From Psammoneis japonica (Eukaryota): DNA of 64,000 bases. Every line of letters starts with the position of its first letter. The first letter of the stretch is position 1. The stretch lies in the NCBI GenBank assembly GCA_008632985.1, contig QPGO01000038.1:87939-151938 (forward strand), written 5' to 3'. The position numbers and the translations under genes are program-made. The notes below the pieces were generated by a model. The model was not told the DNA's origin and ran no database searches. It worked only from the letters and a program-made list of their open reading frames with translations. This document shows, piece after piece, positions 23,983 to 34,169 of this stretch.

Positions 23983-26050
23983 TTGAAATGGGTCAAAAAT
24001 TGTTTGTCAGTGAGAGACTGGAGGCGGGGTGCGTCATCAGCGGCAGAGTTGAGGCATCCGGGCCTGCAATCATGGAGTCCAAGGCAGCGGTGACAGCTTT
24101 GATGGAAGGCTTGGTGCCGGAGAAGCTTGGAGGCGGGTTTGATCGTTGTGGCCGATCCTTTGCGTTGCCAATGCATTGTGCCGGAATTGTCGGTGCGGGA
24201 CAGGACAGTGCGCTCGCGCATGTCGAAACACTCGGCGGCGGCATGGGATTGCATGATGCTGCCTGCGAGTTCGAGGTCGGTGTCAGTGATGGGACCTCCA
24301 GGGTTGGCGCACGTGGCTGGGCGGGATGAGACGCACTTTGGAAAGGGAAGTCGCCACACCACGGGGCCTGCATCACGTTGAGTGCAGTGGCGGCCGTTGC
24401 TGAAGCGGAGGGTGGCGGCGCGCAGGACAGCAGTGTCGGTGGGCAGGAGCATGCCGCCGGCACCGTGGCCGGCTGCATCATGGCAGCCTGCAAGAGTTGG
24501 TTGTGATGGAACCAGTTCATGAATGTGAACGGGTCGCGAGTCGAGGGTGGCTTCAAGCTCGCGAAAATCGTCCAGTGCTGAATGGGCATTTTGAGCAAGG
24601 CAGACTCGGGAGTCTGGAGCAGTGTGTTGGAGGTTCTCCTGAAGTTCTGAGTGCAAACTGCGCAAGCCTGGGATGGCAATGCCAAGGGAGCGCAGTTTGC
24701 CTAGAAGCTTCTGGTGTTCGGCAGTGGTGGCATGCTTTCTGGTGCGAGGAAAATCCTTGTAAAGCGTGTTGTGAAGTCGTGCACGCCTGCGTGGCGTGAG
24801 ACGGATGGTCATTGATTGTGTGTCAATTAGCCACCCTGGCACTTCTTTCTGTGTGGACCAGGTGGCGTCACCCTTGCGGAGCTTCTTGACAGAGGCTGGC
24901 TCCTTGCTGGTGGCTGGATCCTGGGAATCAAGGGGACAGAAGATGTCGTCTAAAGCACACAGAGAATGACTCGATGTGCATTTCGGCGGGACCGTCGCGA
25001 GCCTTGCGAGGCTCCAATGAAGTCGTCCACATAGATTTCGACGCATTGCAGACGACGACGGCAGTGTCGCCTGAGATGTGGGTCGTGCGCCTGTGGCACT
25101 GGCACAGTTTGCGTGGTGCCATCGTCTGGTGGTGGTTGGTGTGGCGGCAGCCTGCTGTTGAGCAATCATTCCAACGGGTGTGCTGGAGCTTTTACGTTGC
25201 GCATGAGGTCCAGGTTGGCCATGTCCGCCACAGTTTTGGCAGCAGTGCAAAACACAGGTGGCGAGTTGGCCCATCCCACAGGCAGACGTGTGGGGAAGGC
25301 AACAAGTGGTGGTTCGCCTGGCAAGCTTGGGAAAACCACTCCCAAGGTGGGTGCTTGGTCCGGGGCAAGTTGCATGCGACAGCAGCCATCTGCAAGATTG
25401 ATCTTCATGAGGTGGACCTTGCCTTTTTGCGGGTTGGCCAACAGGATGCGACGCAACAATCTGTCCAGGGCTCGACCAAATTGCATGGCTTCCACTGCGG
25501 CGTTCGGTTGTGTCAAAGGGTTGACGCCATAGAATGTGCAGTCTGCGATGGGGCGTGGGTGCCTGCCACATTGTGGCACCACACCAATGGGGCCAAGTCG
25601 AAGCCCCAGCGCATTGCGGACTTTGTGGTGCGGAACCACAGTCCAAAAACCTTTTTCCACCACATCGGCCACATCTTCGCGCAAGAACTTGATGTGTTCG
25701 TGTGCGGACTTGTGTGGTCCTCTTTCAACACTGGTGTCTAGCTCAGCGTGCGTCCAGGGTGCGTCGGTGACGGTGATCAGTGCTCCATGGTGCTTGCACT
25801 GTTTCAGCAGTCGATGTGCTGGATGTCGTTGGCTTCTGGCCAGGGGGCCCCAATCGCCTCTGCCGCTGCGGCGACACAACAGGTGGCTGAGTCCTTTGCG
25901 ACGCAACAAACCAGTGTCATTTGAAATGTGCTCACCCAATTTGTCATTGTAAATGGCAGCAGCCACATCCTGTCCACGTGCAGTGGGGCGGGTGTGCTGC
26001 CGCTTCAAACTCTCCACAGTCGGGGGTTGTGGATGCGCTGGCCGCTTGGC
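23900..26050 (-). pseudogene. Reverse transcriptase / RNase H of the DIRS-order element, frameshifted
   Basis: GVVPQCGRHPRPIADCTF, KINLADGCCR, RLPVGWANSPPVFC and EIYVDDFIG (~25020-25040). RNase H motifs HDAAGHGAGG, DLELAG, TDNS and NSAADDAPRL. Confidence 0.88.
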
Positions 26051-26107
26051 CGACGTGAGAATGGGCTCTTGGCACCAAGTCCCCGAACTTGGGCCATTGC
26101 CGAAGAC

Positions 26108-28363
26108 CCATTTGGTCTTCCAATGTTCCTCGCCCCAAGCGAGGAAGCGCTGCTGCTCATCCTCTGTGTGGTCATTGCGATGGTCGTAGCTTGAGCCGCA
26201 GTTGGAGTTGCACTGTCCCTTGATGTGGTGGGGGTTGCAACGGACGCACCCTTGATCGTCCTTTGGGAGCTCGACATTGTCTTGGGCGCATCGGTTTTTG
26301 ACGTCCCGTGACCGCACGTTGGGACAATCACGCAACCTCGCGAAGCGCGAGTCGCAGGCGGGGTTGCAAACGATGCTGTTGGTGCCCACTCTCACATCGT
26401 CGCCCGACCCTGTAACAGGAGCAGGGGGTGCTCCGGACCCAGTGGCAGGCGTGACAGAGCCCGTGGCCTGCATCAAAGGTGGGAGGCTGAGACGCCAAAA
26501 CATGGTGCCCTTTGCCGCTTCATGCACAACATTGTGTGCCGTGAAGGGCACTTCCTGGTGCGTGGTGGCTTGAGACAGGAACCAATGGCACACTTCCACC
26601 TGGGCATGGCATTGTAGATCCACGGGGAGCGTCGGGTGCAAGGTGTGCTGGTGCATGAGCTTGTTGGCACACCGATCCATGTTGGTGCACTGAAGGGTGA
26701 GCCACTGCACGACGGGGTGCTGATCTCCGAGGGTGGCCGAGAGGATGAGACGGCAACCGTCGTGGGATTGCTGTGCTGCTTGCACAGTGGTCGCGACGAG
26801 TGCCTTGTCGGGCGCTTCCAGGAGCTGTGTGTCTTGGAGGGACGGAACACCGGCACCTCCGTGCATCTGTGCATACATTGCATTGTGACACACGATCTGT
26901 TCGGCTGCTTGTGGAGCAGTGAGCCTGAACAAAAATGGGTTGATGCCTTGTGTCGGCTCCTCCTGATCATGGCCGGCGAAATCGAGTTGCACCAACTTTG
27001 CAACAAGGCTGACAGTCACTGGGAGGTCGAAATGCACTTGCAAGGCTTGACACTGCTCCTCAATGGAATTTTGAACGACAGCGAGGCGTCCCGTCTTTGG
27101 TGCTGTGGCAAGTGCTTGCCAGAAAGGTGGGAGTGCAGCCTCGTTGTAGACCTGGCACCAGTGCAACAACTTGGTGACGCCAAATGCGCCCCAAAACTCC
27201 ATGGGCGTCTTCCCCCGGCTAGCAGCATTGTGCCTTGCCTCTTCGTCCAACCGCTGTTGCCGCTGCTTGGTGGTGAGACCTTCAACGGCGGCAACAACGG
27301 GTTGAAAGTGCTGCGCCGGCACTTGAGTGCCGGCGTTGCGACCCAGCAGGTCTCGCTCAACCTTGTGGTCAAAAAAGTGCATCAAAGCATCATTGGGCGG
27401 CCGTGTCATGGTGGGCCAAGGCTGAGCCACAGCGGGTTGGAGCTGTGCATTTGCTGTGGCACAGCATGCGACTCTTAGAAAGTCCAGAAGCGGTGCCAAG
27501 GCCATGACTTTGTTTGCTGCTGTGGCTGCCCCGTGGAGCCTCGTGCAAGCGGCTTTTGGGCCAAGCGGTGTGGGCAAGAACAGGCGGACGAACTCGAAGG
27601 GGACGCACATGGCATTGCACGTCCTCACTTCTTCGGTGTCTTGTGCACTGGCTTGCACATGAGGATGCAAACCATTCGGAGCAGCCGTGATGTGCGCGCG
27701 CAAGGCGTCATGCATGGGCACCCACGTGCCTTGGTTGGCTAAAGCAAACGCGTTGTCTGCAAACTCGACGAGGGTGAACTGTCCACGTGTCAAGTCGCCA
27801 GTGACAACGAAGGTGGCATTGTCCCAAGGCTGCGCGGGACCCACCACAGCAGTGGGGCACGTAGAGACGCAGTGCAAAAGCTGCACTTGCCCCTCGTCCA
27901 CCATGCCTTGTGCCCGACAATGAATGACAATTGCCATTGGAAGGTCGTGGCTTGAAGCGGCTGCCACTCTGTCGCGCAATGCCCCGGGATTGCATCGTGA
28001 GGCACCCTGAACCGGCGCCACAAAGTCCAACACAGCTTCGGTGTGCTCCCCATGATGCAGATCCTTGGAATCCATCGCGCGGCAATCTTGGCAAGTGCAA
28101 AGCACGGGTGGAGCCGGAGGCATGACAGGTGCTCCGGCTGGTTGCGGCGGCTGTGGTTGACCCCCTCCGGCAAAATGAACACCTGGTCCGGCTGGTGGCA
28201 CCGGCACTTGCGGCGGCGCTGGTGCTTGAATTGGTTGCTGAGCTGCTGCGTTCGCTGCCGCCCCATTCTGAACTCCTTGCGCCATGGCTGCTCCTTGTGC
28301 TGCTGCAGCTCCTTGCGCCACCATGGCTCCTTGCACCGCTGCGGCTCCTGGTGGTTGATTCAT
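26108..28363 (-). pseudogene. gag-like ORF1 of the DIRS-order element
   Basis: Starts MNQPPG (ATG at 28363), with an A/Q/P-rich N-terminus and a C-terminal Zn-finger-like CNPHHIKGQCNSNCGSSYDH. The 3' end is inferred. Confidence 0.75.
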
Positions 28364-28440
28364 GACACATGAGAGGGGAGGCTCTTCCTGCGAACGATGA
28401 AAACAACAAATGGCGGATGGTGTCCTGCGCCAAATCGATG

Positions 28441-28657
28441 GCATTAAGAAAACCATCTTATGGCTGTTGCTCTTGGTTGCTCTTCGGAAGAATGAGAGGA
28501 GCGAGTGGAAGAGCAAATGGCCGTTGCTCTGGTCTTGCGAAAGCGCGTTCAAATTGTTGAACGGCTGAAAAAAAAAAACGACCCAACGGTCAAAAACGGG
28601 CCACAACGGCCAGGCGTGGGTCATTTCGCTTCGTATCGTCGAACGTCGCGAGGTTGG
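28441..28657 (-). repeat. 5' split repeat A1
   Basis: Near-identical to 22377-22563 apart from indels and TA/CG-site substitutions. Confidence 0.9.
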
Positions 28658-28932
28658 TCATGAACATATATTTTTTTATTCACATGTAGAATGCCAGCGC
28701 TTTTTGATCTTGCGGCGCGACGGTGATCATCGCAACACGACCGCTCATCAAAAGCATGTGCCGTTGTAGCTCGCAGTGAAGCTTAACTTTGAGAAAACGA
28801 GCCATGTTGAACAAGCGGCATTGTCATTCCATCAACAAGACTAGTGGAGCTATCTTAGCAGACGACTCGTATGCTCATGGGTAAGAGTTACAGTAAGAGT
28901 TAACGTCCATGTACAAGTAGATTCGGAACCAT

Positions 28933-30030
28933 CTATTCTTCGAGCGATGAAGCACTAGAGTCTTCCTCTTCTTGAGGGTCGTACTCTGCGAAATGTGAAA
29001 GCAGAACATCCCCATAAAGTTGTTCATTTTCAAGCAACCCGTAATGTGAACAACCCGCCAGTACCATTGTTTGGCAATCATCAAGAATGGCGTGCCATCC
29101 CTTGATGCATTTCTGAGATACAAAGTCGTGCTGACCTCGCAACAACAGCGCAGGCGGAAACGCACAATCATCGGAACACGTTGCAACGTAGTCCGGGATA
29201 GCCTTGGTTCCAAACCAAATATCTGATGTTTGAGAATACGCATCCAAGAGAGGTACGGGGATTGGTACCACTCGGCATTCATGAAGTTGTCTAAAGGTCT
29301 CCATTGTGCGACGGCTTTCGATCTCTTCTGTATCCTTGTCGTCTAATCTGTCCTCATAATCAATATCCTCCTCCTTTTCATTATCGTCTTGATTCTGAAT
29401 GATTGCTTCCAGAAGCTTTCTCGATTCCTCTTCCACCAAGGCGATGCTGGTAGGAGTACTTGACAAGATGAGGGAAAGACACTGGTGCTCGCGGCTAAAT
29501 TCGACATCGTTGTAGTTCTTCTTGAGATATTCAAAAGCCAAAATACCCCCAAAGGAATGCCCGTACAGATGAAATTCTGATAGATTCAATTCATCATGAA
29601 TCAGTGCCTCGAGATCTTGAACAAACAACTCGATTGAGTACGCGGATGCATCTTTTGTTCTGGAGGACCGCCCACATCCCAATTGATCATAAAATACCAA
29701 CGCTCGGTCAGTCACGAGGTGTACCAGCGGATGCAAGTAATTCGATGGGACACCTGGTCCGCCATGTATGACCACCAGAGGCGGTGGCGGTTGCTGCTTA
29801 ATGATCTTGTCGTATTTCAATAGTCGAGGTCGAAAGACTAGATACCGAATCGAGCAAGACATGTTTGTTCCATCCGCAAGCGTTCGATGCACCGTCAGGG
29901 TTGAATCTTCACATATAACTCCTGTAAGGCACAGTGGTGGCGTTGGTGCTAGTTGTGCAGCCTGTTGTCGCTGAATATCGTCGTCTCGGCGAAGCGAGCC
30001 ATACGGAGTGAAGGACGACAACAGGGGCAT
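28933..30030 (-). CDS. Proline iminopeptidase-like alpha/beta hydrolase (peptidase S33)
   Basis: Intact 365-aa ORF with IHGGPG, YDQLGCGRS, GHSFGG nucleophile elbow, RGQHDFV and CSHY. Confidence 0.9.
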   Translation of the reverse strand: MPLLSSFTPYGSLRRDDDIQRQQAAQLAPTPPLCLTGVICEDSTLTVHRTLADGTNMSCSIRYLVFRPRLLKYDKIIKQQPPPPLVVIHGGPGVPSNYLHPLVHLVTDRALVFYDQLGCGRSSRTKDASAYSIELFVQDLEALIHDELNLSEFHLYGHSFGGILAFEYLKKNYNDVEFSREHQCLSLILSSTPTSIALVEEESRKLLEAIIQNQDDNEKEEDIDYEDRLDDKDTEEIESRRTMETFRQLHECRVVPIPVPLLDAYSQTSDIWFGTKAIPDYVATCSDDCAFPPALLLRGQHDFVSQKCIKGWHAILDDCQTMVLAGCSHYGLLENEQLYGDVLLSHFAEYDPQEEEDSSASSLEE

Positions 30031-30265
30031 GTTACAAAGTGCTTTGTACTTGTAAACGACGAAGAGGAGAGCTCTTCAGGAATTTCTGTATTCTGTTTTC
30101 TGCAACGCGCAGTGCCTTCTAAGATGTACGGATGCTGCTTTTTGTTCTTTCTCATCACCGCACTCTCGCTCCCGTTTTGCGGCGGCGCAGCAACAAGTAC
30201 GGTATGCGGCCATGTCCATCACCATCGATGCACATGATGCGGCCGCCGGCCGCATGGATGTTGAG

Positions 30266-30448
30266 CGAGGTCTGAGGTCCACATAAAAACCGTTAGAGGT
30301 CTAACACTTCTTTTGAAAAAACCATTAGACCTCGAGGTCTGAGGTCTAGATAAAAACCATTAGAGGTCTAATGCTTTTTGCGAAAAAACCATTAGACCAC
30401 GAGGTCTGAGGTCCACATAAAAACGGTTATAGGCGGTCTAATGCTTTT
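30266..30448. repeat. 67-bp tandem repeat (~2.7 copies) with internal GGTCTAA/TTAGACC inverted motif
   Basis: CGAGGTCTGAGGTC at 30266, 30333 and 30400. Confidence 0.85.
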
Positions 30449-30720
30449 GACAGTTTCTCTACAGTATGGCGCATCGTACTATACAGTACAGTAGCTGGAA
30501 AACGAACAAAACAGGGGCTCAGAAATAATTATAAACCAAATCCCTATCTACCGGTAGAGAAGAGTAGGCCCTATAGTTCTAGAGACTAGAATACGTGTCA
30601 TCGCATGTCTCGTCTACAGTCTTGATTCCAATGGACCAGCGAAAGATGTACTATACCGGGTTGCGTGGACAGCAACAGACAAGCAGCAATAAGGAATGTT
30701 GACAACACCAGTTTCATGTC

Positions 30721-32229
30721 TCAATCAAGTCGTATTTTTGTTTTCCCCAATTTCCACGTGTTTACCGATGATCCTTGCCCTCCTGCAGAGGAAGAGGTGG
30801 CCAGTTGATCTGTCAAGTTTCCTTCTCGTTCCTGACCAAGTCGACTGAGTTTATGGTACGAGCTCGAGTTTGCATGCGCAGTAACCAACCACGCTAGAGC
30901 AACCAGCGACGAAGTTTGAAACAGGGCGGCACCCCACGCTACGGCTGGATGGCGCTGATAGTATGGAAGGGCCCATCCGCAGAACCAAGTAATCAGTGGC
31001 AAACTTTGAAACCAAAGCGTTCCGACTAGAGCAAGTTTCCCATAAAAGCGCTCCAGTCCAACGTTAGGGCATGATTTTGCTGTCTGGACGCAAGATACAA
31101 CAAGAAGAACTCCCAATAGTATACGGAAAATCATGAGAAGCCGTCCTGGCCGATGCTCCAACGCGTGATAGGAATCAAAGTCGTCATTGTATGATCGTCC
31201 CCATTGCGCGAGAGCCACATGAACAGTAATAATCGACAGTGCTAGCAGTCCTGCCGCATTGTGATTAACCAATGATCCCACTGGTGAACGCAAGCCTTGA
31301 AGCAATGATTGCAGTTTACCACCGGACGCTGTCGAGGATACGTGTACCGCATCCGAGGGCAAGGTCCACCCAGCCGCAATCGACAATAAGAGAAGCGCAA
31401 CGAGTGAATCGCACACGGCCTCAAAATGAGTCGACATGGCATCCAATGTGTAAGAGCCATATCCGTTGCTTTCGTAAATGTTCAAGTGAACCAATTCACA
31501 AAGGGACGCAACAGCGTCACACCCGGTCGCCGCCATTACAATCAACAAGGCCATGTGAACCGTCGAGCTTTCAGTCAGCAAAATACCAACACGCATTCCC
31601 AACAACCCTGTCAGTAGCAATGAAATCACAAGTGTAATCATATGAAGCGTCTTCATGCCTGTTTCGTCGGCTGATAGGTGGGTAAGCACAACTCCGTCAT
31701 TATCCCAATCCCCATTCGCATTCCTTTGTTTCCTGTTCCCACCAACATCATTGAATATCTCCACGTCATAATTCAACACCGGTATTGCATTGTCATGGTA
31801 CCGCCGCTCCAATGAACAGTCATCAATCACAACATACCAATAGTGCGCCCGTTCTTCCCGTTGTTGCCACATGGGTCCTTCGATACGGGCTTTCCATTTC
31901 TTGTCGTTTCCATAGTCAAACGATACGCCATGGGTGGAATGAAAAAGCCGAGTTCTTGCTGTACAAAGCGTCGCCTTTTGATATCGTTTCCAATTAGTGT
32001 CGAGAAACAAGTGTACTTTGAGCGAAGATTCATCCTCATACATATCTTTGGACCAAAGGTCCACTTTGAACTTGCCCCTCGCAAAAGGTCCTAATGCAAA
32101 CTTTGTCAGCACCACGTCCGAGTTTGCTCCCGTCAATCGAACTGTACCAGAGACTTTTTTCCCTCCAACAAGAGCGAGCAGAAAAGAAACGAAGCATATA
32201 AAGTACCCAAGAAGAAGACGACAATCCAT
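30721..32229 (-). CDS. GPR180/TMEM145-like (GOST family) seven-transmembrane protein
   Basis: Signal peptide after ATG 32229, lumenal domain with RAHYWYVVIDDC and HLSADE, then multiple TMs including HLNIYESNGYG and IAAGWTL. Confidence 0.85.
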   Translation of the reverse strand: MDCRLLLGYFICFVSFLLALVGGKKVSGTVRLTGANSDVVLTKFALGPFARGKFKVDLWSKDMYEDESSLKVHLFLDTNWKRYQKATLCTARTRLFHSTHGVSFDYGNDKKWKARIEGPMWQQREERAHYWYVVIDDCSLERRYHDNAIPVLNYDVEIFNDVGGNRKQRNANGDWDNDGVVLTHLSADETGMKTLHMITLVISLLLTGLLGMRVGILLTESSTVHMALLIVMAATGCDAVASLCELVHLNIYESNGYGSYTLDAMSTHFEAVCDSLVALLLLSIAAGWTLPSDAVHVSSTASGGKLQSLLQGLRSPVGSLVNHNAAGLLALSIITVHVALAQWGRSYNDDFDSYHALEHRPGRLLMIFRILLGVLLVVSCVQTAKSCPNVGLERFYGKLALVGTLWFQSLPLITWFCGWALPYYQRHPAVAWGAALFQTSSLVALAWLVTAHANSSSYHKLSRLGQEREGNLTDQLATSSSAGGQGSSVNTWKLGKTKIRLD

Positions 32230-32578
32230 GGTGACGATACAGTAGTTACTATCCGGGCGGTGCTGCAATTCATGTGATTTGCGATTTGCGAAGGATCGCG
32301 AGGCGAAATAATAAGAGGAAAAATCTTTTTACGTCACTTCCGGGTATCTCAGATCACTGCGTGTAACACAAGCTTCTTCCGTACCAACAGACCTCCCAGT
32401 TGGGAGTGACATAAGCTCGTTCTCGACAACATGATAACTACAGGTACATGATGACTAAAAAGGACTAATGCTTTTTTGAACTGCTAACGTAGAATCAATC
32501 CTCATTTTGTTTCGACATCGGCAATGCTAGAGTTTTACTTTTTGCGAACGCCGAACTCTTGCCAGGTGCCATGATCCT

Positions 32579-33370
32579 TCAAATCACACCATTTCCGACA
32601 AAACGGTTGCACTGCCAGAGCTTCACAGTCGAAGCTACCTTCAAACTAACAAAGGGCTTACCCTGCACCACCTTTCTCTCTTGCTCCTGGCGACAAAGTA
32701 GTTGGCGTCTCAACAACAGTTGTTGAGCAAGCAAGACCTCCATCGCAGATCGAGCTTGGAAGGGATGAAGCTTTCGCGCATACGCCTCGAGATAAGGTGT
32801 TGCTACCCTGGGAGACAATTGATAGCTTGACGTGGCATTGAACTCATTCGATAACGCAATGAGTTCCTTTTGGGGGTCATCCGGTTGCTTGGTTCCGGCA
32901 CGAAGTCTCCAGACAAAGCCAATGGATTCAAGACGCGCTCGACGGTGGGTAGAAAGATTCGATCTGTTCTTCCTTTGTTCTCTTACAAAAGAGCCGAGCT
33001 TTGGGTCTGCCTTGTGTCGTTGAGGCACAAGACAATCCCCGTGCATTTCCTTGTACGCGACAAGCCTGTCGAACATTGTGTCCCACGGTTCGCGTTTGAC
33101 AACAGTCCAGACGAAACCAATGGAATCAAGTTGCTTTCTCCTCTCGGGAGAAAGGCTGTCTTTGTTCTCTCGTTGTTTATTCACCCATCGACCCAAACGC
33201 GGGTCCAAACTGTACCTCTGTGGTACTAGACAGTTTCCGTGTTTCAACTTGTATTGGACCAATCGCTTCGTCATATCATCCCAAATCTTGTTCCATTTCT
33301 CAACGGATGGGCTGACTTTCCCTCCTATATTCTCATCGGTACAAATCCTTCTCTTCTTGAGAGGTGCCAT
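32579..33370 (-). CDS. Helicase-associated (HA) domain protein, two HA repeats
   Basis: WDDMTKRLVQYKLKHGNCLVPQRY..DPRLGRWVNKQR...LDSIGFVW, followed by a second copy. Confidence 0.9.
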   Translation of the reverse strand: MAPLKKRRICTDENIGGKVSPSVEKWNKIWDDMTKRLVQYKLKHGNCLVPQRYSLDPRLGRWVNKQRENKDSLSPERRKQLDSIGFVWTVVKREPWDTMFDRLVAYKEMHGDCLVPQRHKADPKLGSFVREQRKNRSNLSTHRRARLESIGFVWRLRAGTKQPDDPQKELIALSNEFNATSSYQLSPRVATPYLEAYARKLHPFQARSAMEVLLAQQLLLRRQLLCRQEQERKVVQGKPFVSLKVASTVKLWQCNRFVGNGVI

Positions 33371-34169
33371 CTTCTCTAGAGCTATGACAAGACACTGAAT
33401 CGCAGATTTGTAGTCTACGCGTGTGCTGTGCCGTTTTGCTTTGTTGATTGTGTGAGTGAAACGCTACCGAAAAATCAGCAATGACTCTCCGGTTCCGAGG
33501 TAGAAACACCGCCATAACAAAGATTCCCTCAAGGGTTACAAATTATTGGTCTTTGCTAGAATGGACACTCTTGCGAAACCACTGCGTTCGTGCTGCCCTC
33601 TATGTACTCTCCAGTAGAGCGAATGCTGCGTAGCTAGAATATCTCGCTCGTGATATTTTTGTGTGACCAGATCAAACCAGACATTCTTGCATCAATGACC
33701 TTGGACAAATCTAATGAAACGTTTATGTGCGTGAATAGCAAAGAAGAGATCGATTTAACCCCTAGAAACAATTATTATCAATGACAGTTACAAATGACCA
33801 GTTGTTCAAGATAAGCCCCTTTTCCTCGTCCAGCGCACCACTGTGGAAAACAAAAACTGCATGATCACCATACTTAGCACTACCGTACTATAGCTACTGG
33901 TAGCATTGGGACTACTCTAGAGAAATCATCATCTTTAATCTCTACCAGCTACGGCACACCTGACGGAAGAACGCATTATGTAAGATAAGCATCTCGTGGA
34001 GATAGATCCTGTTTTTGTGCACTCGCAGTGTTGTGCCGGCAGAGAATGGCGCACAAAAACTAGATGCAGTAGTAGAAGTGTAGTACAATCGCACAAGGTG
34101 TCTGAAGTCAGAAGTAGGCTACTGTAGTCTAGTTTCAAAGTATCTTTACTTCCTTAGGTAACTCATGCT

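Larger units (their letters stand above)
22220..28657 (-). mobile_element. Complete tyrosine-recombinase (DIRS-order, Ngaro/PAT-like) retrotransposon with split direct repeats A1-ORFs-B1-A2-B2
   Basis: A1 28441-28657 matches A2 22377-22563. B1 22576-22712 matches B2 22220-22356. gag, RT/RNase H and YR lie between A1 and B1. Confidence 0.92.

Noticed and set aside
22741..28363. Alternative genetic code or codon reassignment to explain missing Tyr
   Set aside because: Adjacent host genes use TAY and TAA/TAG normally, and non-coding LTRs and split repeats show the same TA loss.
1..28600. Hundreds of overlapping Cys/His-rich ORFs in all six frames (also at 37-42, 43-47 and 55-64 kb)
   Set aside because: Expected by-product of TAA/TAG depletion and TG/CA enrichment; not evidence of overlapping genes or metal-binding proteins.
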